Assembly (NCBI GenBank): GCA_963796055.1
Contig: CAWCKH010000004.1
Span: forward strand, 2,624,001 to 2,688,000
Length of the DNA stretch: 64,000 bases
Direction: 5' to 3'
Origin: an uncultured delta proteobacterium
GTDB taxonomy: Bacteria > Myxococcota > Myxococcia > Myxococcales > Myxococcaceae
Part shown: piece after piece, positions 43,084 to 51,838 of the stretch
Numbering within the stretch: the first letter of the stretch is position 1
How the letters are laid out: every line of letters starts with the position of its first letter
Made by a program: the position numbers and the translations under genes
Notes under the pieces: generated by a model
Told to the model about the DNA's origin: nothing
The model's input: the letters and a program-made list of their open reading frames with translations, nothing else
Databases searched by the model: none

Positions 43084-43167
43084 CGAGAGGTCGAGGCGGC
43101 CTGCCGTCCTGGGGCCACGGGGCGCCGTGGGTTCACTCTCCCCTCCCCACGGCGCCTCGTCTTTTTT
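43084..43167 (+). ncRNA. Candidate sigma54-dependent small RNA (about 84 nt)
   Basis: Lies between the sigma54 motif and a terminator with no credible ORF; 3' stem-loop has a 14-nt CU-rich loop. Confidence 0.5.
43117..43167 (+). terminator. Intrinsic terminator
   Basis: 15-bp stem ACGGGGCGCCGTGGG/CCCACGGCGCCTCGT (one G.U pair) followed by CTTTTTT. Confidence 0.8.
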
Positions 43168-43173
43168 GGGGGC

Positions 43174-43971
43174 TCAGTAGCTGTCGCTCGAGCCGCCGCC
43201 GCCGCCCTCACCCCCGCCGCCGCCACCGAAGCCGCTTCCGCCTCCACCCCCGTCCCAGCCGCCTCCGCCTCCGCCTCCGCCTCCCCCGCCCCCGCCCCAG
43301 CCTCCGCCGATCCACGGGGGTCCACCCCAGTAGGTCCGCCGCCGGGGGTGCCGGCTGGCGCGAAGGAGCAGCATCAGCACCACGAAGAGGATGAAGCCCC
43401 AGAAGCAGACGTCGAACCAGTGCGGGAGGACCACGGGCGGTCTCTGCCAGTCGGCCGGGTGCTGCCCGGGCTGCCTGGCAGTGGTGGCCGTACCGGAGAG
43501 CGCCGCGGTGATGCCGTCGATGCCCGCGGCGATGGCGTCGTGGAGCCGACCCTCGCGCATCAGCGGGGCGATGCGCCGGCGAATGATGTCGTTGGACTGG
43601 AGATCGGTCAGGTCCCCGCCCACGCCCTTGCCGGTCTCGATGCGGATGCGACGCTCACCGGTGGCGATGATCAGCACCACCCCGTTGTCCTTGCCCTTCT
43701 GCCCGGGGTGCCAGGTCTGGATGAGCTGGTAGCCCACGTCCTCGATCGGCTCGCCCTCCAGCGAGGGGGTCACCAGCACGAAGATCTGGTTGGTGGACTG
43801 CCGCTCGTACTCACCGAGGCGGTTGTCGAGGTCGGCGAGCTCGGCGGCCGTCAGCGTGCCGGTCAGGTCGGTGACGTAGTCGGTCTGCTTCGGGACGTTG
43901 AACGCCCGGGCGGAACCGGCGGCGAGGAAGAGCAGGGTCGCGCAGAGCGGGCCCCAGGCCCGCCCTTGCAT
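43174..43971 (-). CDS. TPM-domain (YgcG-like) protein with Gly-rich tail
   Basis: YVTDLTGTL, KDNGVVLIIA..ERRIRIETGKG motifs; TM helix; poly-Gly C-terminus. Confidence 0.92.
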   Translation of the reverse strand: MQGRAWGPLCATLLFLAAGSARAFNVPKQTDYVTDLTGTLTAAELADLDNRLGEYERQSTNQIFVLVTPSLEGEPIEDVGYQLIQTWHPGQKGKDNGVVLIIATGERRIRIETGKGVGGDLTDLQSNDIIRRRIAPLMREGRLHDAIAAGIDGITAALSGTATTARQPGQHPADWQRPPVVLPHWFDVCFWGFILFVVLMLLLRASRHPRRRTYWGGPPWIGGGWGGGGGGGGGGGGGWDGGGGGSGFGGGGGGEGGGGGSSDSY

Positions 43972-44564
43972 CAGAAGGTCACCTTGGGCGCCTGCTGCGC
44001 GTCCGACGAAGCCTGGAAGTAGACCCGAGGCTTGAACGTGCCGCCCGTCGCCCGCTTGACCACCGCGCCCCGGATCTTCCCGAGCTCGGTGTTGTAGTCA
44101 CGCACGGCCTCATTGTACTGCTCGCGCGCCCGCAAGATGCGGTTCTCGGTTCCCTCGAGCTGTACTTGAAGGTCGTGGAACTGTGCGTTGGCCTTGAGGT
44201 CGGGGTAGGCCTCGTTGGCCACCAGCAATCGGGAGAGCGCGCCCCGGAGCTGATCCTGTGCCTTCTGGAAGGCAGCAACCTTCTCCGGGTCCTGAAGGTC
44301 CTCGGCGCTGAGCGTGATGCCGGTCGCACGGGCCCGGGCCTCGGTCACCTCGGCGAGCGTCTTCTCCTCGTGCTGGGCCGAGGCCTTCACCGTGGCCACG
44401 AGATTGGGCACCAGGTCCGCCCGGCGCTGCAGCTGTGCCTGGTAGTCCGCCCACCTGGCGTCACAGACCTGGTCCTTGGCGATCAGCTGGTCGTACTGGT
44501 TGCAACCAGCCAGGGCGAACAGTCCCACGGCGGCCATGAGGGCGATGGGGGCGCGGGTCGTCAT
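43971..44564 (-). CDS. lemA: LemA family protein
   Basis: LQRRADLVPNLV and EAYPDLKAN..F..LQVQLEGTENRI motifs. Confidence 0.93.
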   Translation of the reverse strand: MTTRAPIALMAAVGLFALAGCNQYDQLIAKDQVCDARWADYQAQLQRRADLVPNLVATVKASAQHEEKTLAEVTEARARATGITLSAEDLQDPEKVAAFQKAQDQLRGALSRLLVANEAYPDLKANAQFHDLQVQLEGTENRILRAREQYNEAVRDYNTELGKIRGAVVKRATGGTFKPRVYFQASSDAQQAPKVTF

Positions 44565-44695
44565 GGCGACACCCTAACGCCCACCATGTGCGCACGCGCA
44601 AGCGAACTTTCGGACGGGGGTGTGCGTCCCCATCGGGCGGGCAAGCAGACGCAAGTCCCTTCGGGACATTAGGATTCCGCTCGTACCCGTTGCCG

Positions 44696-46652
44696 ATGCG
44701 ACCTGCCCCTTCCACGCCGACGCGCTCAGCGTGGGCGCGCACACCCGTGCCGCGTCCGCCCCGCGCCCGGCGGCGCGCGCGCCGTCGCCGGTGGATGCAG
44801 CGCGCGGCGGTGGTCGCACTCGCGCTCCTCAGCGCCATCACCGTCCTCCACTCGGTCCTCAACTCGTCGATGGTGCGCTCGCGCCTCCGGGACAAGGTCG
44901 AGGCGGCGCTGGCGGCGCGCCTCGGCGGGGCGGAGCTGGGCAGCCACAGCGACGTGGACTGGGGTCTGCGTCTCAGCTTCGGGCCGGTGCGCATCTCTCC
45001 CGAGCCGGGCGCCCCGGTGGTGCTGGAGATGGAGCGGGTGCGCGTGCGCCCGCGGTGGACGGCGCTGCTCGCCGGCCGGCTCGAGCCAGGCCTGGTCCAG
45101 CTGCGCACGGTGGTGGTGCGCCCGGGCACCCAGCTCGAGGGCCTCCGCGCGCTCGCCAGGCGCCTGCAGTCGAAGCCCGCTGCTCCCGGCAAGGAGACCC
45201 CTGCCTCGGCCGTCGGTGGAGCGCGTCTGCCGCGGCTGGAGGTCCAGGACCTGCGCGTCGAGCTGGTGTCCAGCCAGGACGGCCATCCGCTCGATCTCGG
45301 GGCGTGGGACGCGCAGGTGGAGATCTCCGGTGGGGCCTCGGGCCGGGTGCTCGAGGTGGCGGTGCAGCGCGACGGCGGAGGCGAAGCACGCTCCACCGTG
45401 CGCTGGGCCCGGGAGCAGCCCTTCCAGGTCGAGGCCGCACTCGAGGGGATGCCGCTCCGTCCGCTCATCGAGCTGATCGGTCAAAGGGTGGGAGTGCGCG
45501 CCACCGCCGGCTCGGTCACCGGGCGCATCAAGGGGCTGTTGCCCGCAGATCTCAAGCGCGGCGAGCTGGAGGTCTCCGGCCGCATCGACGGCCTCTTCCT
45601 CGAGGGCACCCGTCTGGCCACCGAGCCCGTTGGGCCGTGGCGACTGTCGGGCGCGGGCACGGTGGACTGGGACAGAGGGGCGCGCGAGGTGCGGCTCCGC
45701 GACGGCCACATCGGCTTCGGCGAGAACGACTCGCTCCGGGTCAACCTCGAAGGCGTGTACGAGGGCACGCGGGCGCCCCGGTTCCGGGCCGAGGCGCGGG
45801 TGGACCAGCTCCGGTACCAGGACGCAGTCGATGCGTTGCCCCCGCAGTTCAGCCTCGGAGACGAGGCGCCGCGGATCCCCGGGCTGCTCGATGCGCGGGT
45901 CCGAGTCTCGGGGCCGGTGCGCGATCCCGAGCAGTGGCTCCTCGACGTGAAGCTGGACCTGGCCGGCCTGCGCGCCGCCTCCAAGACGACGCCATTCTTC
46001 CTCCGGGGCCCCTTCATCTACCGGCCGGTGGATGCGGCGGGGCACAGCCGCGAGATTCTGGGTGGGCCCGCAGAACCCGAACTTCGTCCCGATCTCGGAC
46101 CTGCCCCGGTACGTGTCGCGCGCGGTCACCACCAGCGAGGATGCCGGATTCTGGTTCCACTCCGGCTTCGACTTCGACGAGATGAAGGAGAGCATCATCG
46201 ACGCCGCCGAGGGCAGCCGGGTCCGCGGGGCGTCCACGCTCACCCAGCAGCTGGCGAAGAACCTGTTCCTCTCGCGCGAGCGCACCTTCGCCCGGAAGGT
46301 CCGCGAGGCGCTGTTCACCGTGGCGCTGGAGGCCTCGCTGCCCAAGTCGCGGCTGATGGAGATCTACCTGAACATCATCGAGTGGGGCCCGGGCATCTAC
46401 GGTCTCGGAGAGGCGTCGCGGCACTACTTCGGGGTGAACCCGCGGAACCTCGGCGTGCAGCAGGCAGCCTTCCTGGCGACCATCATCCCCAACCCGGTGC
46501 GCTACCACTTCATGTACGAGAAGGGCCGGGTCACGCCCGCATGGCAGCACAAGATCCGGAACCTCATCCAGAAGCTGGAGTCGAACGGGATCATCGACTC
46601 GACGCAGGCGTTTCAGGCCGAGTTCACGCCGGTGAGGTTCCGCAAGGACTGA
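44696..46652 (+). CDS. Monofunctional peptidoglycan transglycosylase (GT51) with long N-terminal extension; +1 frameshift at ~46057
   Basis: TM and beta-rich region in the 44588 frame; SEDAGFWFHSG, RGASTLTQQLAKNLFL and EIYLNIIEWG in the 46032 frame. Confidence 0.85.
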
Positions 46653-46729
46653 GCCCTGAGCCGGGTGCTGGGAACTTCAATCCTTCCATCGGGTTGCGCG
46701 CCCCCACCGGTGCGTTACCTCTTTCAATC

Positions 46730-46939
46730 ATGTTGAACGGCACTTTCGATCGTCAGGAGGAGACCGCCGACTTCACCCTCCCCACCGGCTGTCCGCTGTG
46801 CGGTGGGGAGCTGGCCGTGCGGATGACTCCTGGCACCAGCTACAGCTACTGCGCGCATTGCCACTGGCTCTCGCGTTCGCACGTGGCAGTGGGGGCGAAC
46901 AGCGTGCGCGTCGGGCATCCGCCCGGCGGGCTCGGCTGA
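46730..46939 (+). CDS. Small zinc-ribbon protein (69 aa)
   Basis: ATG at 46730; CPLC...CAHC. Confidence 0.7.
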   Translation: MLNGTFDRQEETADFTLPTGCPLCGGELAVRMTPGTSYSYCAHCHWLSRSHVAVGANSVRVGHPPGGLG

Positions 46940-46990
46940 CAACCCCGGTCTGTCGCGGCGCCCCGGGCTCCCGGGGCTGACCGCCATCCT

Positions 46991-47758
46991 TCACACTCCG
47001 AGAAAGGCCGGAAGCAACGTCCCGCTCGGGCCTTCCCGGACATGGTCGAACCGGCCGGCGTTGTCGGCCCGCTCGGCGTTCACCAGCCAGGTCTCCGCTC
47101 CCCGGGAGCGAGCCACGTCGACGAATCCCGCCGCCGGCCACACCGCGCCGGACGTCCCCGCGGCGAGGAACACCAGGCGCCCTCTCCGCCAGCGCTCGAG
47201 GAAGTCGTCCACGGCCTCGAGGTGCGTGGGATCCAGAGCCTCCCCGAACCACACCACCGCCGGCCGGAGCGGCGCGCGGCAACGCTCGCACCGCGGCACC
47301 GTTCCTTCCGGGTAGGCCGTCTCGTCCGGCGTCTCGGGCCGGTCGCACCCGGAGCAGCGGGTGCCGAGCAGCCGGCCGTGGATCTCGATCAGTCGCTGGC
47401 TGCCGGCGCGCCGGTGCAGTCCGTCCACGTTCTGGGTCACGAGCAGGAACCGCTCGCCCATCCGCCGCTCTGCCTCCGCGAGCGCCCGGTGCCCGGCATT
47501 GGGCCGGGCAGACAGCGCGACCTCGCGCCGCTCCGAGTAGAAGCGCCACACCAGCGCCGGGTCGGAATGGAAGCCCTCCGGCGAGGCGAGCCGCTCGAAG
47601 GCGTGCGAACGCCACAGTCCGCCCGAGCCCCGGTAGGTGGGCAGCCCGCTCTCGGCCGAGACCCCCGCGCCGGTGAGAACCAGGAGCGCGGAGTCGGGAC
47701 CGAGCCGGAGCCCTCCCTCAGCGGATGAAGTAGCCGGCACCACGGAATCGCCCACCAT
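46991..47758 (-). CDS. cobB: NAD-dependent sirtuin deacylase
   Basis: TGAGVSAESG, FYSERR, TQNVDGLH, HG, CxxC...CxxC and RPAVVWFGE motifs. Confidence 0.92.
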   Translation of the reverse strand: MVGDSVVPATSSAEGGLRLGPDSALLVLTGAGVSAESGLPTYRGSGGLWRSHAFERLASPEGFHSDPALVWRFYSERREVALSARPNAGHRALAEAERRMGERFLLVTQNVDGLHRRAGSQRLIEIHGRLLGTRCSGCDRPETPDETAYPEGTVPRCERCRAPLRPAVVWFGEALDPTHLEAVDDFLERWRRGRLVFLAAGTSGAVWPAAGFVDVARSRGAETWLVNAERADNAGRFDHVREGPSGTLLPAFLGV

Positions 47759-48131
47759 CCAGCATCACGGTCACCGTCTCGTGGCCCCGCTCCTTGTGCT
47801 CGAAGCGAGTGTCGTAGACGAGCACGACGTAGGTCCCGTCGGGCGCGCCCGGCAGCTCGTGGGTGAGCTGCTTCGAGGCGAGCTTCCGCGCCATGACCTT
47901 GCCCAGCGGCTCACGGGCCGCCCGGGCCTGCTGCTCCCACGCCGGCCGGGAGACGGCCTTCCGGAACATCGCCGAGGCCTCGTCCCACGACGCACCGTAC
48001 TGGCCGGCGTCGATGAGCTTCAGCCACGCGTCGGCCGCCTGCGCCCCGGTGGCCTCGTTCGCCTCGGCCGCTCCGGCCACGCCTGGCGCGGCGGCGAGAA
48101 GGAGGCAGGTCAGCGCGAAGGTACGAGTCAT
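47718..48131 (-). CDS. DUF4019 family secreted protein
   Basis: Signal peptide; WLKLIDAGQYGASW, REPLG, LPGAPDGTY and ETVT motifs. Confidence 0.85.
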   Translation of the reverse strand: MTRTFALTCLLLAAAPGVAGAAEANEATGAQAADAWLKLIDAGQYGASWDEASAMFRKAVSRPAWEQQARAAREPLGKVMARKLASKQLTHELPGAPDGTYVVLVYDTRFEHKERGHETVTVMLDGGRFRGAGYFIR

Positions 48132-48229
48132 GGGTCACTCCCTGTGAACCGGAGCATGCCCGAGCCGGAGCCCAGGTCCAGCCCGGCGCGCACCGCCCTC
48201 GAGCTCGGCGGGTGAAGCGGTGACGCCGC

Positions 48230-49498
48230 TCAGTGGACGTCGCTGACCGGCGCGCGTCCGTTACCCTCCGGCTCCGCTCCCTCGCCTGTGTCGGCCAGCC
48301 CGGAGAGCCGCCGGCGTCCCCGCCCGAAGTCCACCGGCAGCTCGAGCATCGACGGATCGAGCTCGGACAGCGAGCCGCAGCCCAGCAGCCGCAGCGTGCG
48401 ATGGAGGTCGGCGGTGAGGATCTCGATCGCCCGGCTCACCCCGGCGCTCCCGGCCGCCCCCAGCCCGTAGGCGTACGCCCGGCCGATGAGCACCGCGCGC
48501 GCCCCGAGGAGCAGGGCCTTCACGATGTCGCTTCCCCGCCGGATGCCTCCATCCATCAGCACCTCGGTGCGGCCCCGGACCGCGGCCACCACCTCCGGGA
48601 GGGCCCGCAGGCTGGGCAGGACGCCGTCGAGCTGCCGGCCTCCGTGGTTGGAGACGATGACCGCCGCCACCCCCTCGTCCACCGCCCGCTGGGCGTCCTC
48701 GGCGGTGAGGATTCCCTTGATGACGATGGGCCCCTTCCAGATCTCCCGGATCCAACGGAGGTCCTCCCAGGAAACCACCGATTGCTCGAGCGCCGCGGCC
48801 ACCGCCGCGTAGCGCATCGGCCCGTCCGGCAGCGCCACGTTGGGAAAGGACATGAGCCCGCCATCGCCGAGGTAGCCCAGGAGCCATCCCGGTCGAGAGA
48901 GGATCTGCCAGACGTAGGGCAGCTTCCGGAACGGGTTGGCCGCGAGGAGCTGGGCGATGCCGTTTCGGTAGTCGCGCTCGCGGAGTCCGGAGATGGCGGT
49001 GTCCACGGTGAGCACCAGCGCGCCGTAGCCCGCCCGCCGCGCACGCTCGATCGCGGCGCTCGCCACCTCCCGGCCTCCGACCAGGTACACCTGATACCAG
49101 CACACCCCGGTGCTCCCGGCCTTGACCTCCTCCAGCGACGTCCCGGCGAGGGTGGAGAGGATGTAGCCCGTGCCCGCCGCGCCCGCGGCACGCGCGGCCT
49201 CGACCTCGCCCTTCGGGTAGAGCAGACGGGTGCTCCCCACCGGGGCGAGGAGGAACGGCAGCGAGAACCGCTGCCCCAGCACCGTGGTCTCCAGGCTCGC
49301 CCGCGGGGAGGCCACCGCGCCCCGGGGACGGAAGAGGACCTCGTCGAAGACGGAGCTGTTTGCGCGGAGCGTGGCCTCCGCATCGGCGCCGCCATCGACG
49401 TAGTCGAAGACGACGCGAGGCAGGCGTCGCGTCGCCGCGCGCCGCAGGTCGGCGATGTTCAGGACCGCGGGAGGTGCCACCGTCCGGGCCAGTGACAT
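48230..49498 (-). CDS. FMN-dependent alpha-hydroxy-acid oxidase/dehydrogenase (LldD-like)
   Basis: FDYVDGGA, LTVD, IKGI, SNHGGRQLD and DGGIRRGSD motifs. Confidence 0.93.
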   Translation of the reverse strand: MSLARTVAPPAVLNIADLRRAATRRLPRVVFDYVDGGADAEATLRANSSVFDEVLFRPRGAVASPRASLETTVLGQRFSLPFLLAPVGSTRLLYPKGEVEAARAAGAAGTGYILSTLAGTSLEEVKAGSTGVCWYQVYLVGGREVASAAIERARRAGYGALVLTVDTAISGLRERDYRNGIAQLLAANPFRKLPYVWQILSRPGWLLGYLGDGGLMSFPNVALPDGPMRYAAVAAALEQSVVSWEDLRWIREIWKGPIVIKGILTAEDAQRAVDEGVAAVIVSNHGGRQLDGVLPSLRALPEVVAAVRGRTEVLMDGGIRRGSDIVKALLLGARAVLIGRAYAYGLGAAGSAGVSRAIEILTADLHRTLRLLGCGSLSELDPSMLELPVDFGRGRRRLSGLADTGEGAEPEGNGRAPVSDVH

Positions 49499-49607
49499 GG
49501 ACGCTCCTTTCCGGGGCATCCGGAGAAGACTCCGCCGGGGGAGCCGAGGAAAGCGCTTTCTGCAGGGCCGCGGACGCCTGCAAGCCAGGCGCGCGCCCGC
49601 GATGTCT

Positions 49608-50807
49608 TCAGGCCGGCGCCGCTCCCCGCCGCGCCAGGTGGGTCACTGCCTCGCCCAGGCCGCCGAGCGTCAGCGGGAACATCGGGAACACCCTCCGGAT
49701 GGTGCGGACCGTCTGCGCCCACCAGGCGCTCTGCGGCTCGGGATTCAGCCAGGCGTGCCGGTGGAAGTGCTCGGCCAGCTGCATCAGCCAGACGATGCCC
49801 TCCGGCCCATCGGGGTCGAACAGGTCCGCGCCGCTCGAGCGCAGCATCAGCTCGTAGGGCGCCATCAGCGCGTCGCCCACCAGCACCAGCTTCCAGTGCG
49901 GGCCGCAGTCGGCGAGCAGGCTCGGCAGCGGGATGGGGTCGGAGAAGCGCTCGGTCCGGTACACCCGGCCGTAGACGCAGTTGTGGAAGTAGTAGGTCCG
50001 CAGCTCCTTGAAGTGCGTGGCCTGCCTGGCCGCGCTGAAGAGCCGGTCCACGACGTGGGCGTACGGGGTCATCGACCCGCCCACGTCGAGAAGGAGCAGC
50101 ACCCGGGTGTCCGGTCGCCGCGGAGGCCGCAGCACCACCTCCAGCTCGCCCGCGTTCCGGGCCGTGGCGTCGATGGTCTCCTCCAGGTCCAGCTCGTCCG
50201 GGGCGCCCTCGCGGGTGAAGGCCCGGAGCTTCCGCAGCGCCATCCCCATCGCCCGGGTATCCAGCACCTGGTCGTCCCGGTAGCCGCGGTAGAGCCGCGC
50301 ATCGGCGGTCTTCAGCGCGCTCCGGCCGCCGCCCTCACCCTCGATGCGGAACCCCTGGGGTGCGCCTGGCTTCCCGGAGTGGCCGAAGGGCGACGTCCCC
50401 CGGGTGCCGATCCACCGGTTGCCGCCGTCGTGTCGCTCGCGCTGCTCGCGCATCCGCTGCTCGAACAGCGCCTGCAGGGTCGCCACGTCGAGCGCGTCCA
50501 GCGCCGCCGACTCCTCCGCGGTGCGCTCCCGGGGAGGCTTGCCCGCCGCATCCTGGAGCCACTGGAGGAGTTCCTCTGCCAGCGCCTCTCCCTTCTCCTC
50601 GATGCCCTTGAAGTGCGCGAGGAACGCCTGGTCGAAGGCATCCAGATGCGCCTCGGTGTGGACGCAGAGCGCCCGGGCGACGTCGTAGAAACCTTCCAGC
50701 GAGCTGTCGTGCAGGCCGACCTCCAGGGCCCGGGCCAGCGCCAGCGCCTCCTGGGCCCCCACCGGGACCTTTCGCCGCCTCAGCTCGTAGAGGAATCCGA
50801 CGAACAT
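49608..50807 (-). CDS. VWA-domain (CoxE-like) partner of MoxR
   Basis: HDGGNRWIGT, LLDVGGSM (MIDAS-like), YFHNCVY, VGDALMAPYEL and WLNP motifs. Confidence 0.9.
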   Translation of the reverse strand: MFVGFLYELRRRKVPVGAQEALALARALEVGLHDSSLEGFYDVARALCVHTEAHLDAFDQAFLAHFKGIEEKGEALAEELLQWLQDAAGKPPRERTAEESAALDALDVATLQALFEQRMREQRERHDGGNRWIGTRGTSPFGHSGKPGAPQGFRIEGEGGGRSALKTADARLYRGYRDDQVLDTRAMGMALRKLRAFTREGAPDELDLEETIDATARNAGELEVVLRPPRRPDTRVLLLLDVGGSMTPYAHVVDRLFSAARQATHFKELRTYYFHNCVYGRVYRTERFSDPIPLPSLLADCGPHWKLVLVGDALMAPYELMLRSSGADLFDPDGPEGIVWLMQLAEHFHRHAWLNPEPQSAWWAQTVRTIRRVFPMFPLTLGGLGEAVTHLARRGAAPA

Positions 50808-50811
50808 CTAT

Positions 50812-50997
50812 CTAGTGCTCCGACCGGGGTGTGCTGATCGCTGCGGCGGCCGATCCTCTCGCTGCGAAGCGCAGCCTCGTCGCTCCGCCGCTCGACGTAC
50901 CTCGAGGTACGCCTCCGATGCTCGTTCCTCGGGTGCGCCGTCTCGCTCCGGTCTCGGCCACCTCGCTGTGCTCACCACACCCAGGTCGGAGCACTGG
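50812..50997. mobile_element. MITE/REP-like element B (186 bp)
   Basis: 26-bp terminal inverted repeats 50812-50837/50972-50997 (3 mismatches) starting CTAG; perfect central palindrome CGTACCTCGAGGTACG at 50896-50911. Confidence 0.75.
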
Positions 50998-50998
50998 C

Positions 50999-51838
50999 TC
51001 ACCCCCGCGCCCGGCGCGCTCCGGCCGCCTCGGCGAAGGCCTCGAGGTCCTGCTCCTTCTTGAGCAGCGCGCCCACGAAGGGCAGCTGCGCCTCGAGCTT
51101 CACGCTCTTCACCCCCGCGGCCTGGAGCACGGCCAGCCAGTCCACCAGCTCGCTGGTGCTCGGGCGCTTGCGGAGGCGGGTCAGCGCGCGCAGCTGGAAG
51201 AAGACCTCCAGCGCCTGGTCGACCAGGTCGTCCTCCAGCGAGGGGTGGTGCACCCGGACGATGCGCTTCATCAGCTCGCTGTCCGGGAAGTCGATGAAGT
51301 GGAACACGCATCGGCGGAGGAAGGCGTCCGGCAGCTCCTTCTCGTTGTTGCTGGTGATGACCACCACCGGCCGCTCGGCAGCGACGATCTCCTCCTCGGT
51401 CTCCATCACCCGGAACCGCATCCGGTCCAGCTCGTGGAGCAGGTCGTTGGGGAACTCGAGGTCCGCCTTGTCCACCTCGTCGATGAGCAGCACCACCCGG
51501 CTCATGGAGCGGAACGCCTGTCCGAGCGGCCCCCAGCGGATGTAGTGGGCCACGTCCTTCACGTCGCCCTCGCCGAAGCGGCTGTCGTGCAGGCGCTGCA
51601 CGGTGTCGTAGACGTAGAGGCCGTCCTGGGCGCGGGTGGTGCTCTTCACGTGCCAGGTGAGGAGCGGCAGCCGCAGTGCGGTGGCGATGGCCTCGGCGAG
51701 CAGGGTCTTGCCGGTGCCTGGCTCGCCCTTGACCAGCAGCGGCCGCTCGAGGGCAAGCGCGCAGTTCACCGCGGCCTGCAGCGCGGGATTGGTCAGGTAG
51801 CGGTCGGTGCCGGTGAAGCGCTTGAAGGCGATGGGCAT
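50999..51838 (-). CDS. MoxR/CoxD-like AAA+ ATPase
   Basis: GEPGTGKT, LIDEVDKAD..FPNDLL and TSNNEKELPDAFLRRC motifs. Confidence 0.93.
   Translation of the reverse strand: MPIAFKRFTGTDRYLTNPALQAAVNCALALERPLLVKGEPGTGKTLLAEAIATALRLPLLTWHVKSTTRAQDGLYVYDTVQRLHDSRFGEGDVKDVAHYIRWGPLGQAFRSMSRVVLLIDEVDKADLEFPNDLLHELDRMRFRVMETEEEIVAAERPVVVITSNNEKELPDAFLRRCVFHFIDFPDSELMKRIVRVHHPSLEDDLVDQALEVFFQLRALTRLRKRPSTSELVDWLAVLQAAGVKSVKLEAQLPFVGALLKKEQDLEAFAEAAGARRARG

Noticed and set aside
42995..43180. 61-aa + strand ORF across the candidate sRNA
   Set aside because: Starts inside the enhancer palindrome upstream of the sigma54 motif, runs through the terminator and has no recognisable motif.
43190..43310. GCC/GCCTCC microsatellite-like tract
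   Set aside because: Encodes the usual Gly-rich tail of TPM-domain proteins.
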